Counted from the first letter of the stretch, positions 36,261 through 46,919 are shown. The stretch is 64,000 nt of DNA from Chloroflexota bacterium (GCA_016189905.1 JACPRP010000102.1:9231-73230), one strand, 5' to 3'. The notes: generated by a model from the sequence alone, not told the origin. Made by a program: numbers and translations.

Positions 36261-36980
36261 TTGGCCGAGCGAGCCAGATTCAAGCGTGTATTGCTTAAGT
36301 TGAGCGGCGAAGCCTTTATGGGCGACCAATGCTACGGCATCGACACGACGACCGTCAACTCTATCTCTGAACAGATCAAGCAAGTTATTGGTCTCGGCGT
36401 GGAGGTAGGCATCGTCGTCGGGGGGGGGAACATCTGGCGTGGTCTCGACGCCAGCGAGCGCGGGATGGACCGCGCGCAGGCTGATTACGCGGGTATGCTG
36501 GCCACGATGATCAATGCCCTCTCCCTTCAGGATGCCCTGGAAAAAGTGGACGTCGTGACCCGCGTCCAATCGGCCATAGGTGTCTACGCGGTTGCGGAGC
36601 CGTACATCCGACGCCGGGCTCTGCGCCATCTGGAAAAGGGCCGTGTGCTCATTTTCGCGGCCGGCACAGGGAACCCATTTTTTACCACGGACACCGCGGC
36701 TGCCCTTCGTGCAGTTGAGATCGACGCCGACGTGCTGCTAATGGCCAAGAACCGCGTCGACGGCGTCTACGATCGAGACCCCCGAACGAACCCCGATGCA
36801 AAGATGATCCGGAGGCTGACCTACATCGAGGCGCTTAATCTGGGTCTCAGGGTAATGGACGCAACGGCGCTCTCCCTTTGCATGGACAACAAGCTGCCAA
36901 TAATAGTGTTCAACCTGAACGCAGAAGGGAACATCTTCCGCGTGATCACAGGTGAAGACATCGGCACTGTTATTAGCTGA
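36261..36980 (+). CDS. pyrH: UMP kinase
   Basis: It reads [13 protein letters not shown]..., then [16 protein letters not shown], then [21 protein letters not shown] prefer the TTG start at 36261, preceded by GGGAGAGG. The track ORF starts at GTG 36210. Confidence 0.88.
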   Translation: MAERARFKRVLLKLSGEAFMGDQCYGIDTTTVNSISEQIKQVIGLGVEVGIVVGGGNIWRGLDASERGMDRAQADYAGMLATMINALSLQDALEKVDVVTRVQSAIGVYAVAEPYIRRRALRHLEKGRVLIFAAGTGNPFFTTDTAAALRAVEIDADVLLMAKNRVDGVYDRDPRTNPDAKMIRRLTYIEALNLGLRVMDATALSLCMDNKLPIIVFNLNAEGNIFRVITGEDIGTVIS

Positions 36981-37044
36981 CCTTTGTTAGCAGACCTTCG
37001 TTGACAGATCTTTGAATGGCGCGACATCGTTGTGGAGGTGATTT

Positions 37045-37602
37045 ATGGTCGAGGATGCACTAACAGAAGCCGAAAACAAGATGAACAAGGCCATCGACGT
37101 GCTCAAGCGTGAGCTTGCCGCAATCAGGACGGGAAGGGCCAGCACGGGGCTCGTGGAGCGTGTTCACGTCGAGTACTATGGAGCCCAAACCCCGCTCAAC
37201 CAGTTGGCTTCCATCTCGGTACCGGAACCACGCCTGCTCATCATCCAGCCCTGGGACAAGAACATGATCGGCCCGATCGAGAAGGCCATTATGAAATCAG
37301 ATATCGGCATCACGCCCACAAACGACGGTAAGACGATAAGATTGGTGATCCCACAGTTGAGCGAGGAGCGACGTAAGGAACTGGTCAAGGTGGCTCGCAA
37401 GAGGGTCGAAGAAGCAAAGGTCGCCATTAGAAACGATCGCCGGCAAATCGTCGACGACCTGAAGGAAATGGAAAAAGAGAAGCTCATAACCGAGGACGAG
37501 CTCAAGCGAGCGCAAGAGCGTCTGCAGAAGCTGACCGATAAGTATACCGAGCAGTCTGAACAGGTCGGCGCCGCTAAGGAAAAGGAAATACTCGAAGTCT
37601 AA
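37045..37602 (+). CDS. frr: Ribosome recycling factor
   Basis: It reads LKRELAAIRTGRASTGLVERVHVEYYG..TPLNQLASISVPEPRLLIIQPWDK and later IRNDRR. Confidence 0.95.
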   Translation: MVEDALTEAENKMNKAIDVLKRELAAIRTGRASTGLVERVHVEYYGAQTPLNQLASISVPEPRLLIIQPWDKNMIGPIEKAIMKSDIGITPTNDGKTIRLVIPQLSEERRKELVKVARKRVEEAKVAIRNDRRQIVDDLKEMEKEKLITEDELKRAQERLQKLTDKYTEQSEQVGAAKEKEILEV

Positions 37603-37608
37603 CAGAAG

Positions 37609-38352
37609 ATGTCCGTTAAACTACAACCAACGATAGAACAGCAGCCGAAAATCGAGAAAGTGCCGCGACACGTTGCCATAATTATGGACGGCAATGGGCG
37701 TTGGGCGAACAGCCGTGGCTTGCCCCGCCTCGCCGGCCACAAGGCGGGCACCGAGAATATACGCACGATCCTCAAGGCCTGCGTGGACTATGGCATCGAG
37801 GTGCTAACCATCTACGCGTTCTCGACGGAAAACTGGGGCAGGCCCAAAGAAGAAGTGCGCGGTCTGATGCGCATTCTCGAACAGGTCATCAATCGTGAAA
37901 CAAAGCAACTGGTCGCCGAGGGCGTCAGGCTCCAACACCTGGGCAGGCTCGACGAGCTTCCCGACAGGCTGGGCAGTTCGATTCGCCGCTCGACAGAGGC
38001 CACCAAAGGCAACACGAAGATAACGTTGAACGTCGCCTTCAATTACGGCGGTCGCCAGGAAATAGTCGACGCCGCCCGCCGGATCGTCGCCGACAAGGTC
38101 GATCCCAGTATGATAGACGAGAATCTTTTCTCCAGGTACCTTTACACTACCGGACAGCCGGACCCGGACCTGATCATTAGAACCGGTGGTGAGATGCGGC
38201 TCAGCAATTACCTCATCTGGCAGTCCGCTTACGCCGAGTACTACTCGACGCCGGTCTACTGGCCAGATTTCGATAAGCAGGAGCTCGAAAAAGCCCTGCT
38301 AACTTACGGCCAGCGCGAGCGTCGTTTTGGGAAGGTGGATATCGCCCGCTAA
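37609..38352 (+). CDS. uppS: Isoprenyl transferase (undecaprenyl-diphosphate synthase family)
   Basis: It reads [22 protein letters not shown], then [10 protein letters not shown], then [20 protein letters not shown]. Confidence 0.92.
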   Translation: MSVKLQPTIEQQPKIEKVPRHVAIIMDGNGRWANSRGLPRLAGHKAGTENIRTILKACVDYGIEVLTIYAFSTENWGRPKEEVRGLMRILEQVINRETKQLVAEGVRLQHLGRLDELPDRLGSSIRRSTEATKGNTKITLNVAFNYGGRQEIVDAARRIVADKVDPSMIDENLFSRYLYTTGQPDPDLIIRTGGEMRLSNYLIWQSAYAEYYSTPVYWPDFDKQELEKALLTYGQRERRFGKVDIAR

Positions 38353-38383
38353 TACGTCGACAGGGGAAACCCAGACGAAGAGA

Positions 38384-39241
38384 ATGGCTCCTCAAAACTT
38401 GCCGTCCGCGGGAGGATCGATGTTTGCCCGCCGGGCCATAGGCGCAGTCGTGATCGTGACGGCGACCGTGCTGTTTGTGTATCTCGGTGGTCTCCCCTTT
38501 GCCCTGTTCATCGGCGCCATCGCCGCGGTCGCCGCGCGCGAGCTCTGCCGGCTGTTCCATAGAAGCGAGATCTATCCACTCGTTCCAGCAGCCGTCGCCA
38601 CCGCGCTGGCGCTCGTCATAGACGCCTATTTTGCATCAGGGTTAATGCCGGCGATCATCCTGCTGGGAACGTTGGCGCCGCTGGCCTGGCAGGTAGCAGT
38701 TAGGCAAAGTCCCTGGCAAGCCACGATGGGTTGGGCGCTGACGGCGGTCGCGGCGATCTATGTCGGCGTGCCGATGAGCTACTTCGTGCTACTGCGCGGC
38801 TTAAGTATCGGACAGGAATTCGCAGGTCTGCCACCCGGAACGTGGTGGGTCGCCCTGGCGATTCTCGGCACCTGGGCATCGGACACGGGCGCCTATCTCA
38901 CAGGTATGGCCGTTGGGAAGCACCCGTTCATGGCGCGTATCAGCCCCAAAAAGACCATGGAAGGGGCGATGGGGGGCATAGTGTGGCCGATGGTGGTGGT
39001 CACGGTGATGAGCGCGTGGATCACTGGCCTCGGCCCGTTCCACGGCATCGTAATCGGAGCGCTGATCGGTTGTGCGGCAATCGTGGGAGACCTTGGCGAA
39101 TCACTCTTAAAGCGCGGAACCGGTGTGAAAGACACCGGCAACATTCTGCCTGGCCACGGTGGAATGCTCGATAGAATCGACAGCCTGATTTTCACCGGAC
39201 CTCTGGTATACTACTACCTGGTCTGGGTGATCAGGCCTTAG
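38384..39241 (+). CDS. cdsA: Phosphatidate cytidylyltransferase
   Basis: Polytopic protein with the C-terminal signature SLLKRGTGVKDTGNILPGHGGMLDRIDSL. The start is set at ATG 38384. Confidence 0.85.
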   Translation: MAPQNLPSAGGSMFARRAIGAVVIVTATVLFVYLGGLPFALFIGAIAAVAARELCRLFHRSEIYPLVPAAVATALALVIDAYFASGLMPAIILLGTLAPLAWQVAVRQSPWQATMGWALTAVAAIYVGVPMSYFVLLRGLSIGQEFAGLPPGTWWVALAILGTWASDTGAYLTGMAVGKHPFMARISPKKTMEGAMGGIVWPMVVVTVMSAWITGLGPFHGIVIGALIGCAAIVGDLGESLLKRGTGVKDTGNILPGHGGMLDRIDSLIFTGPLVYYYLVWVIRP

Positions 39242-39250
39242 TAGATACAT

Positions 39251-39452
39251 AGAGACTGTCTCAAAATGGTATTGAAGGTGGCGGCGGAGGGGCTGTCAAC
39301 AGATTCGGGGAGCGGATTTAGCGGATTGAGGCGCCTGTCCGTTCAATCCGTTCCCTGTCCGAAGGAGTCCGATGGACTCATCGGACTCCTTCGGAGAATC
39401 CGCTGACAGCTTGTGCGCTAGGATACCATTTCCCACTTCTGAGATAGTTTCT
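39251..39452. repeat. Compound nested-hairpin element (~200 nt) in the cdsA-dxr spacer
   Basis: The outer arms are aaatggtat (39264..39272) and ataccattt (39423..39431). The middle arms are gctgtcaac/gcggatt versus aatccgc/gctgacagc. The inner hairpin (39359..39394) has a perfect 16-bp stem. CGGATT/TCCGTT motifs recall the GGCGTCAACGGAT family. Confidence 0.7.
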
Positions 39453-39467
39453 TAGCAGGATGGGCAT

Positions 39468-40646
39468 ATGGCGGACCCAATCGTTCCCAAGAGGATAGTT
39501 TTGCTCGGCAGCACTGGCTCCATTGGTCGACAGGCGCTGGAAGTCGTCGAGCTTCACCGGCAGAGGTTTGCCGTAGTGGGCCTGGCAGCCGGTGGCAACT
39601 ACGGCCTGTTGCGTGAGCAGATAAGCAAGTTTAGGCCAGAAAAGGTTTGCTTAGCCACGAAGCTGGGCGCCGCTGAGCGCGGTGAGATTGAGAGCCTTGG
39701 CTGCGAAATGGTCACCATGGAAGAGATGGTGCAACAGGAAGATGTCGACCTCGTCGTGGTAGCGACGGGAGGGAAGGCGGGTCTGTCCCCCACCCTGGCT
39801 GCCATCCGAGCACGAAAGACGGTGGCGCTCGCCAACAAAGAGTCTTTGGTGATGGCCGGGGAGATCGTCGTCGCCGAGGCCCAGCGTCACGGGGTCGAAA
39901 TACTTCCAATCGATAGCGAGCACAGCGCCATCTGGCAATGTCTGAGGGGCGAGATGCAACGTATCCCGGGGTCGTTGGACACCATCTCGCGGCTGCTTCT
40001 TACCGCTTCGGGGGGCGCGTTCCGCGATCGCAAGCTGGCGGATCTTGCCGAGGTTACTCCGGAAGAAGCGCTGGCTCATCCCACATGGAAGATGGGCAAG
40101 AAGGTCACCATCGATTCGGCAACGCTTATGAACAAGGGGCTGGAGGTGATGGAGGCCCATTGGCTGTTCGGCGTTCCGTACGACCGCATCTCGGTAGTGC
40201 TTCATCGTGAGAGCATCGTTCACTCTCTGGTCGAGTTCGTCGATGGCTCCGTCAAGGCCCAGCTCAACCGCCCGGATATGCGGTTCCCGATTCAGTACGC
40301 CTTGACCTACCCCGAGCGCCTTCCAAACAGCTTCGCGAAGCTCGATCTAGCTGAAACCGGCAAGCTGGCTTTTGCGGACATAGATTATGGACGCTACCCC
40401 TGCCTCAACCTGGCCATTCGGGCGGCGCAACGGGGTGGCACCTTCCCGGCAGTGCTTTCGGCGGCCGACGAGGAGGCCGTGAGCATGTTTCTCACGGGGC
40501 GGATTGGATTCCTGGACATTCCAATCGTGATCGAAAGAGTTCTGGACGCACACAAAGGGATGGAGAAACCGGGCATCGATGATATAGTGATAGCAGACGA
40601 CTGGGCGAGAAGAGAGGCAACCCGGGTCGCCCGGTCGCTGGCGTGA
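39468..40646 (+). CDS. dxr: 1-deoxy-D-xylulose 5-phosphate reductoisomerase
   Basis: It reads LLGSTGSIGRQALEV, then LANKESLV, IDSEHSAI.QCL, HP.W.MG.K.TIDSATLMNKGLEV.EAHWLF. Confidence 0.95.
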   Translation: MADPIVPKRIVLLGSTGSIGRQALEVVELHRQRFAVVGLAAGGNYGLLREQISKFRPEKVCLATKLGAAERGEIESLGCEMVTMEEMVQQEDVDLVVVATGGKAGLSPTLAAIRARKTVALANKESLVMAGEIVVAEAQRHGVEILPIDSEHSAIWQCLRGEMQRIPGSLDTISRLLLTASGGAFRDRKLADLAEVTPEEALAHPTWKMGKKVTIDSATLMNKGLEVMEAHWLFGVPYDRISVVLHRESIVHSLVEFVDGSVKAQLNRPDMRFPIQYALTYPERLPNSFAKLDLAETGKLAFADIDYGRYPCLNLAIRAAQRGGTFPAVLSAADEEAVSMFLTGRIGFLDIPIVIERVLDAHKGMEKPGIDDIVIADDWARREATRVARSLA

Positions 40647-40767
40647 AGGGGTACTCTCCCTGGCCAAAGCCTGTCGCGTGCGTTCGGCATAGTAATTGCA
40701 TATAATTAACGTGGCGTCGCCGGATTTCCTGTGGTACGTAGTACATAGATGGAGCGCAACTGAATCG

Positions 40768-41844
40768 ATGACAATACTTATCTTTCTATTCGTACTGAGC
40801 TTAATGGTCTTCGTGCACGAACTCGGTCACTTCGTTCTGGCAAAGCGAGCTGGCATCAAGGTCGAAGAGTTTGGCTTCGGTTATCCGCCACGGCTTTTCG
40901 GGATCAAGCGAGGTGAGACAACTTACTCGGTAAACATCATCCCGTTGGGGGGCTTCACCAAGATGCTGGGGGAAGAAGACCCAACCGATGCAAGAAGTTT
41001 CGCCCGGGCGACGAAGCTATGGCGGACCGCTATCCTGGCTGCCGGGTCGCTGATGAATATCTTTCTCGCGGTGATCCTCTTCTCGGGAGCTTTTATGGCC
41101 GGTTGGCCTACGCCAGTAGCGAGCGAGGTCAGGATATCGCAGGTGCTTGCGGGCTCGCCAGCCGATCTGGCCGGGTTCAAGACGGGAGATACGATCCTTG
41201 AGATCAACGGCCAGCCAGTGACGACAAGCAGTTGGCTGCGACCGGCGACAGAGGCGAACAAGGGGCAGGAGATCACCGTTCTTGTACGACGAGACGGGGT
41301 CGAGTTACCACTCAGCGTAACACCACGAACGCAATGGCCCGCAAATGAGGGTCCCCTGGGCATCGCTGCCATGAATTACCCAACCAAGGTCGAGCCGGTT
41401 TCGTGGCCGTTGTTGGAATCGCTGAGGCTTGGACTAACCCATACCATCGAGGTCATCGTTTTCACACTTTATCTTCCGGTGCTATTGATCAAGGGAGCCT
41501 TGCCACTAGAGCTAGCACGTCCGGTCGGCCCCATCGGCATCTATCAGATCACCAGCCAAGCGGCAATCGAGACCGTGAGCTCGGGATGGCTCTTCCCACT
41601 TCTGAATGTGGCTGGCTTGCTGAGCGCCAGCCTTGGCATAGCGAATCTACTGCCAATTCCAGGATTGGATGGCGGACGGTTGATCTTTGTATTCCTTGAG
41701 GCTATCCGCCGCAAAAGAATAAGCCCGGAGCGCGAGGGGCTCATCCATTTCGTTGGCCTGGCCGTGCTCCTCTCGTTTGTCGTCGTGGTCTCATATTTCG
41801 ACATTCTGTCGCCCGTGCCCGAGATAGACTGGGGCGTCAGATAG
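40768..41844 (+). CDS. rseP: RIP metalloprotease RseP (M50 family with a PDZ domain)
   Basis: It has VFVHELGHFVLAKRAGIKVEEFGFGYPP (HExxH), a PDZ region (GSPADLAGFKTGDTILEINGQPV), and NLLPIPGLDGG. The start is set at ATG 40768. Confidence 0.9.
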   Translation: MTILIFLFVLSLMVFVHELGHFVLAKRAGIKVEEFGFGYPPRLFGIKRGETTYSVNIIPLGGFTKMLGEEDPTDARSFARATKLWRTAILAAGSLMNIFLAVILFSGAFMAGWPTPVASEVRISQVLAGSPADLAGFKTGDTILEINGQPVTTSSWLRPATEANKGQEITVLVRRDGVELPLSVTPRTQWPANEGPLGIAAMNYPTKVEPVSWPLLESLRLGLTHTIEVIVFTLYLPVLLIKGALPLELARPVGPIGIYQITSQAAIETVSSGWLFPLLNVAGLLSASLGIANLLPIPGLDGGRLIFVFLEAIRRKRISPEREGLIHFVGLAVLLSFVVVVSYFDILSPVPEIDWGVR

Positions 41845-42056
41845 ATCGCTCGGGGGACTCGATCACGTCCGTTGCCACAGTCTCAACCGGCCTTCGAATC
41901 AGAGCGTTTACCGCACCGACATTGCAGCGGTAAGCGAGAAGGTTGGCCGCTTCGCGCGATGAATCGGGACGCGATGAAGCGCGCCCCTACGAGTTGTCGG
42001 TGGGTCTATGCTTTCGTTAAATGCTGTAACTAAGATCGCTATGGGAGCGACAACTA

Positions 42057-43193
42057 ATGCCACGAAGGCGATCAAGACAAATTCATATCGGATCGGTAGC
42101 CGTTGGCGGGGGCGCGCCAATCAGCGTGCAATCGATGACCTGCACCGATACCCGCGATGCCAAGGCCACCGCGACGCAAATTCATCAACTGGAGGAAGCG
42201 GGCTGCGAGATCGTCAGGGTTGCGGTGCCGGATGCTGAGGCTGCCCGCGCCTTGCCAGACATCAAGAAGAACATCGGCATTCCGCTGGTCGCCGATATCC
42301 ACTTCGACCACCGTCTGGCTCTAGGTGCGCTGAACGCTGGGGTCGACGGCCTGCGCCTCAACCCAGGAAACATTCGCGATCCTGAAAAGATCAAGACCGT
42401 CGTGCAGGCGGCCAAGGAACGGAGGGTGCCGATACGCATCGGCGTGAACGCGGGCTCTTTGCCGCGAGCGCGCGTTATCGGAGACTCATCCAGGTCAAAC
42501 ACGGGTGCTTCGCTTTCCGAGCATACGGAAGGCGTCGTCGAGCGGATGGTTCAGTTAGCGCTCGATCAGGTGAGGCTCCTAGAAGCGCTCGACTTCGACC
42601 TGATCAAGCTCTCGCTCAAATCGTTCGACGTGCCCACCACTATCGAGGCCTATCGGCAGGTGGCTGACCTGGTCCCCTACCCACTGCATCTCGGCATCAC
42701 CGAGGCGGGAACTCCCTGGGCCGGGTCAATACGCTCAGCCGTCGGCATCGGCACCTTGCTGTATCTGGGCATCGGCGATACCTTGCGCGTTTCCCTCACC
42801 GGGGACCCGGTCGAGGAGGTACGGGTGGGCTTCGAGATATTGAAATCCCTCGACCTTAGACAACGCGGTCCGATTATGATATCCTGTCCGACGTGCGGGC
42901 GCACCGAGATCGATCTGGTGACGATCGCGCAGGAGGTCGAGCGCAAGCTCCAGCGAATCGAAGCGCCAATCAAAGTGGCGGTTATGGGTTGCGTCGTCAA
43001 CGGCCCGGGCGAGGCCCGCGAGGCCGACGTGGGCGTCGCGGGAGGGGGAGGGCGGGCCGTCCTGTTTCGCCACGGGAAGATCGTCAGTACCGTGGACGAG
43101 GCCGATCTGCTCTCCGCGCTGATGCACGAGATCGACAACGCGGTCAGGGACTGGAAGAAAGGCAAGCGGCGGGAGAGCGTCGGCGACGAGTGA
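42057..43193 (+). CDS. ispG: 4-hydroxy-3-methylbut-2-en-1-yl diphosphate synthase
   Basis: It reads APISVQSMT.T.T.D..AT..QI..LE.AGCEIVRVAVPD, then IPLVADIHFD, and has the Cys cluster CPTCGR...GCVVNGPGE. Confidence 0.95.
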   Translation: MPRRRSRQIHIGSVAVGGGAPISVQSMTCTDTRDAKATATQIHQLEEAGCEIVRVAVPDAEAARALPDIKKNIGIPLVADIHFDHRLALGALNAGVDGLRLNPGNIRDPEKIKTVVQAAKERRVPIRIGVNAGSLPRARVIGDSSRSNTGASLSEHTEGVVERMVQLALDQVRLLEALDFDLIKLSLKSFDVPTTIEAYRQVADLVPYPLHLGITEAGTPWAGSIRSAVGIGTLLYLGIGDTLRVSLTGDPVEEVRVGFEILKSLDLRQRGPIMISCPTCGRTEIDLVTIAQEVERKLQRIEAPIKVAVMGCVVNGPGEAREADVGVAGGGGRAVLFRHGKIVSTVDEADLLSALMHEIDNAVRDWKKGKRRESVGDE

Positions 43194-43203
43194 GAGGGGA
43201 CTG

Positions 43204-44115
43204 TTGGCAAGATCTTCAATTTCAACGATGTGGGCAATTGGCCGCTTCGAACGAGCGGCCGACTTTGTCGCCCGAGTGCGTGATATCGGGTTCGACGAGA
43301 TCGAGCTGAATCATCAGGTCAGCGAAAGTATGCTGCAGGAGTATCGCGCTCTCCAAAAAGACGGCTCGGTCAAAGTGTCCAGCGTACACGCGCCCTGCCC
43401 CAAATGGCAACCCGCTTTACCTGCCCCACCCCCTGAGCTATCGGCGCTCGACGAAACGAGTCGGATCGCCGCCATTGGATTGATAAAGAGGACGATCGAC
43501 ACGGCGGTCGATCTGCGAGCCAGGGCTGTGGTCGTCCACTGCGGACGAGTGGAGATCGACCTCGAATTGGAGCGCACGCTGCGGCAGCTTCACGCCAAAG
43601 GGCAAACCGCCAGCGAGGAGTATCGCCAGGCCAGAGCGAGCCTGATGGCGGCCCGCGATGCCGCTAGGCGGGCGCACGTGCAGGCAACGTTGGCGAGCCT
43701 GGCAGAGGTCGCCGGGTATGCTGCGGCGCGCAACATCTGGCTGGGACTGGAGAACCGCTATCATTACTATGAAATCCCGCTGCCCAACGAGGTGCGGCTG
43801 TTTCTGGATAGCCTGGATAATTCCACGGTTTTCTACTGGCACGACGTGGGTCACGCCCATAACCTGGCGGCTCTGGACCTCGTGAGTCCCGAAGATTGGC
43901 TGCCAGGGCTACGCGATGATTTGCGGGGGATGCACCTTCACGATGCAATCGGCCTTGACGATCATCGCGTGGCCGGCGCGGGCGAGGTAGATTTCGCGGC
44001 CCTCAGACGTCAGGTACCACCCAGGGCCTTGCTCATCTGCGAGTTCGACGAATCTTCATCAGAAGAAGATGTCAAATTAGGGTATAATTACCTGAAGCAG
44101 ATGGGATACTTCTAA
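43204..44115 (+). CDS. Sugar phosphate isomerase/epimerase-like TIM-barrel protein (xylose isomerase-like fold)
   Basis: It has GFDEIELN, VVVHCG, LGLENR and H.HD motifs spaced as in AP-endonuclease-2/xylose-isomerase-like TIM barrels. Confidence 0.65.
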   Translation: MARSSISTMWAIGRFERAADFVARVRDIGFDEIELNHQVSESMLQEYRALQKDGSVKVSSVHAPCPKWQPALPAPPPELSALDETSRIAAIGLIKRTIDTAVDLRARAVVVHCGRVEIDLELERTLRQLHAKGQTASEEYRQARASLMAARDAARRAHVQATLASLAEVAGYAAARNIWLGLENRYHYYEIPLPNEVRLFLDSLDNSTVFYWHDVGHAHNLAALDLVSPEDWLPGLRDDLRGMHLHDAIGLDDHRVAGAGEVDFAALRRQVPPRALLICEFDESSSEEDVKLGYNYLKQMGYF

Positions 44116-44153
44116 CACGCCTTGGAAGTTCTCGGTACGGAGGAGGAATTGAG

Positions 44154-45863
44154 TTGCGCATATCGACGTTGTTTGGGAGGACGCTGCGGCAGGCGCCAGC
44201 GGAGGCCGAGCTAGCGAGCCACAATCTGATCTTACGAGCAGCCCTGGCGCGCCCGCTTTCAGCCGGGATCTACAGCTATCTTCCGCTAGGCTGGCGGGTG
44301 ATCCGCAAGATCGAAGCCATTATGCGCGACGAGATGGATCGAATCGGCGGGCAGGAGATGCACATGCCCGTCCTCAATCCGGCTGAGCACTGGAAAGAGA
44401 CCGGCCGCTACTTCGCCATCGGCCCCGAGCTGATTCGCATCAAGGATAGGGCCGAGCGGGAATACGTGCTGGCCATGACCCATGAGGAGATCATAACCGA
44501 CCTGGCACGGCGCGAGCTACGCTCTTACCGGCAGCTTCCCTTTATGGTCTATCAGATCCAGACTAAGATTCGCGACGAGGCGCGACCTCGAGGAGGCCTG
44601 ATCCGCATGCGCGAATTTCTGATGAAAGACGCCTACAGCTTCCACGAAGATCAGCAAGCCCTGGACGAGTATTATCCATCTGTGTATCAGGCCTATCGTA
44701 ATATCTTCGCGCGCAGCGGACTGCGCGTTATCGACGTCGAGGCCGATCCAGGAATGATGGGCGGCACGGGCTCCCATGAGTTTATGATGCTCTCAGACTC
44801 CGGCGAAGATACGCTGGTGATCTGCTCGCAATGTGGCTATGCGGCCAACGTGGAGGCGGCGCGCGCCAACAAGAAGGATAGGGTCGGCGAGCACCAACGG
44901 CTGGAGGCTCTCAAGCCGCTCGAGGGGGTAGCGACGCCGGGGGTCAAGACGATCCAGCAGCTCACGGAGTTCTTCACGCTGCCGGCGCAGGATTTCCTGA
45001 AGACAGTTCTCTATATGGCGTGCGGCGAGCTGGTAGCCGTGGCTATCAGAGGGGATCTCGAGGTGAACGAGGCAAAACTGGCGCGGGCGCTGCAATGCTC
45101 CGACCTGAGGCTGGCCAGCGACGAGGAGATAGCACGAGCTGGAACGGTGGTGGGGTTTGCCTCGCCGGTTGGCCTGAAGAACGTTCGCGTTGTTCTGGAC
45201 GATTCCGTGGACGGCGACGCTTTCATCGCCGGCGCCAACAAGCCCGACACCCATCTGCGCGACGTGCACTACCCCAGAGATTTCGCCGCCGACGCAGTCG
45301 CCGATATCGCGCTGGCTCAGGCTGGGCAGACGTGCCTGCAATGCGGCAATGACATCGAGATGAGGCGCGGCATCGAGGTCGGGCACACGTTCAAGCTAGG
45401 TTATAAGTACAGTGAGGCGATGGGCGCCAAGTTCCTCAATCCAGAGGGCAAAGAAGTGATCGTGATAATGGGCTGCTACGGCATCGGGCTGGATCGCCTG
45501 CTTGCCGCCATCATCGAGCAGAACCACGACGACAAAGGCATCATCTGGCCCAAATCGGTCGCGCCGTTCGCCGTCCATCTCGCGGCCCTCGGCGTGGAAG
45601 ATGCCGAGGTCTCGGGTGTCGCCGAGAAGCTTTACCTCGATCTGATGTCGCGAGGCTGCGAGGTTCTTTACGACGACCGCGACGAGACCGCCGGGGTCAA
45701 GTTCAACGATGCCGACCTGATCGGCATTCCCCTGCGCGTAACCGTCAGCCGTCGAACCCTCGACAAGGGCAGCGTCGAGCTCAAACAGCGCACCTCCAGG
45801 GACTTTCACCTCGTGAAGCTCGACCAAGCGATCGAAGCGATCACGCAGGAGTGTACGGCGTAG
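44154..45863 (+). CDS. proS: Proline--tRNA ligase (bacterial type with an editing insertion)
   Basis: It reads MRISTLFGRTLRQAP..AE..SH.L.LRA, then class II motifs (FRDE.RPR.GL.R.REF.MKDAYSF; GCYGIG..RL), and ends in an anticodon-binding domain. Confidence 0.95.
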   Translation: MRISTLFGRTLRQAPAEAELASHNLILRAALARPLSAGIYSYLPLGWRVIRKIEAIMRDEMDRIGGQEMHMPVLNPAEHWKETGRYFAIGPELIRIKDRAEREYVLAMTHEEIITDLARRELRSYRQLPFMVYQIQTKIRDEARPRGGLIRMREFLMKDAYSFHEDQQALDEYYPSVYQAYRNIFARSGLRVIDVEADPGMMGGTGSHEFMMLSDSGEDTLVICSQCGYAANVEAARANKKDRVGEHQRLEALKPLEGVATPGVKTIQQLTEFFTLPAQDFLKTVLYMACGELVAVAIRGDLEVNEAKLARALQCSDLRLASDEEIARAGTVVGFASPVGLKNVRVVLDDSVDGDAFIAGANKPDTHLRDVHYPRDFAADAVADIALAQAGQTCLQCGNDIEMRRGIEVGHTFKLGYKYSEAMGAKFLNPEGKEVIVIMGCYGIGLDRLLAAIIEQNHDDKGIIWPKSVAPFAVHLAALGVEDAEVSGVAEKLYLDLMSRGCEVLYDDRDETAGVKFNDADLIGIPLRVTVSRRTLDKGSVELKQRTSRDFHLVKLDQAIEAITQECTA

Positions 45864-45963
45864 CCGTGCACGTTACAGGCGGACGGTCTCACAGCATTTT
45901 GCCGAAGCGTTGGCATTGCCGTTACTAAGTTTTCCAGTCGATCTTTTTGCAATGGTGTAGCTG

Positions 45964-45996
45964 AGACCGACGCGGTTTTCGAAACCGCGTCGGTCT
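45964..45996. repeat. AGACCGAC-family palindrome downstream of proS (possible terminator)
   Basis: A 15-bp perfect stem (agaccgacgcggttt / aaaccgcgtcggtct) whose arm sequence is nearly identical to the 22582..22620 hairpin. Confidence 0.8.
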
Positions 45997-46074
45997 GCCC
46001 CCGACCGGGATCTGGGCCACGCGCAATTCTGCAGCGTTTTGCGATAGTATTTAGCGACCTGGCGTTTGTCGTAG

Positions 46075-46100
46075 GGGCGTCCTTCCGCGGAAGGACGCCC
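46075..46100. repeat. GC-rich palindrome related to the inner stem of 24111..24148
   Basis: An 11-bp stem (gggcgtccttc / gaaggacgccc) encloses a cgcg loop. Confidence 0.7.
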
Positions 46101-46191
46101 TGCCAGGGGGGCGATCAATAGACGCTAACGAAAACTGCTGTAGGAGGGGAAAAGTATAAGGCCCTCCCAAAGACGCGGATAAGGCAATCGT

Positions 46192-46821
46192 CTACTCGCT
46201 CAGGCTGAACGGCGGGTAGCGATCGGTAACCAATAAGAAAGCGTAAGCGCCTACCCTCAGCGACCACCTCATCACGCCTACGACAAAATTGAAAAGGGCT
46301 TCGGGATAGCGGCCGGTGATCAAAATGGCAAACCAGGCGACTATTGCCGTGATGATCACTGCAATGAAGAGAAACATAAGTACGACGTAGTGCGGAATCG
46401 CCAGCAGCCACTTCACCAGTGGCAGCCAGCGATTGAGCTCGGCGGCCGCGTCGGGGTAGCGGATGTCCAGGTGGACGGCCTGTTCTTCGTCGGTCGAGGG
46501 ATACTCATCCCTGAGCAGCAGCAAGTAGGCGATCACGCGGGTACCGAAAGCCGTGAGGGCGTAGTTCCAGTCAAACCACCAGCGGGGATACTTCTTGCGG
46601 AACAGGAGCATCAGCACCAGCGGGGCGAAAACGATTCCACCGGCGGCAAAACGATAACTGGTGCCATCCTGGTCTCCTCCATTCCCACCACCGGAGACCA
46701 GGCCCAGGATCACCAGGATTGGAATCGCCCAGAAAACGCGGAAGAAGGTGGTCAGCCTGTCCAGTTGCGCCGGGTAATCGATAGAGAGAGTCGCCGGATA
46801 CCTGGGAGCCAATTCAGCCAC
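46192..46821 (-). CDS. DUF4389-like membrane protein
   Basis: The paired modules YPAQLDRLTTFFRVFWAIPILV and RYPEALFNFVVGVMRWSLRVGAYAFLLVTDRYPPFSL resemble the DUF4389 family as I recall it. Confidence 0.6.
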   Translation of the reverse strand: MAELAPRYPATLSIDYPAQLDRLTTFFRVFWAIPILVILGLVSGGGNGGDQDGTSYRFAAGGIVFAPLVLMLLFRKKYPRWWFDWNYALTAFGTRVIAYLLLLRDEYPSTDEEQAVHLDIRYPDAAAELNRWLPLVKWLLAIPHYVVLMFLFIAVIITAIVAWFAILITGRYPEALFNFVVGVMRWSLRVGAYAFLLVTDRYPPFSLSE

Positions 46822-46919
46822 GATCGGTGCCTCCTTGGAATCGCGATCTTGCCCATCCCCCCGTCCGCTTCCCCTTTAATACTATCACTCCTGCGATCGC
46901 ATATCAATCGATAATCGAT

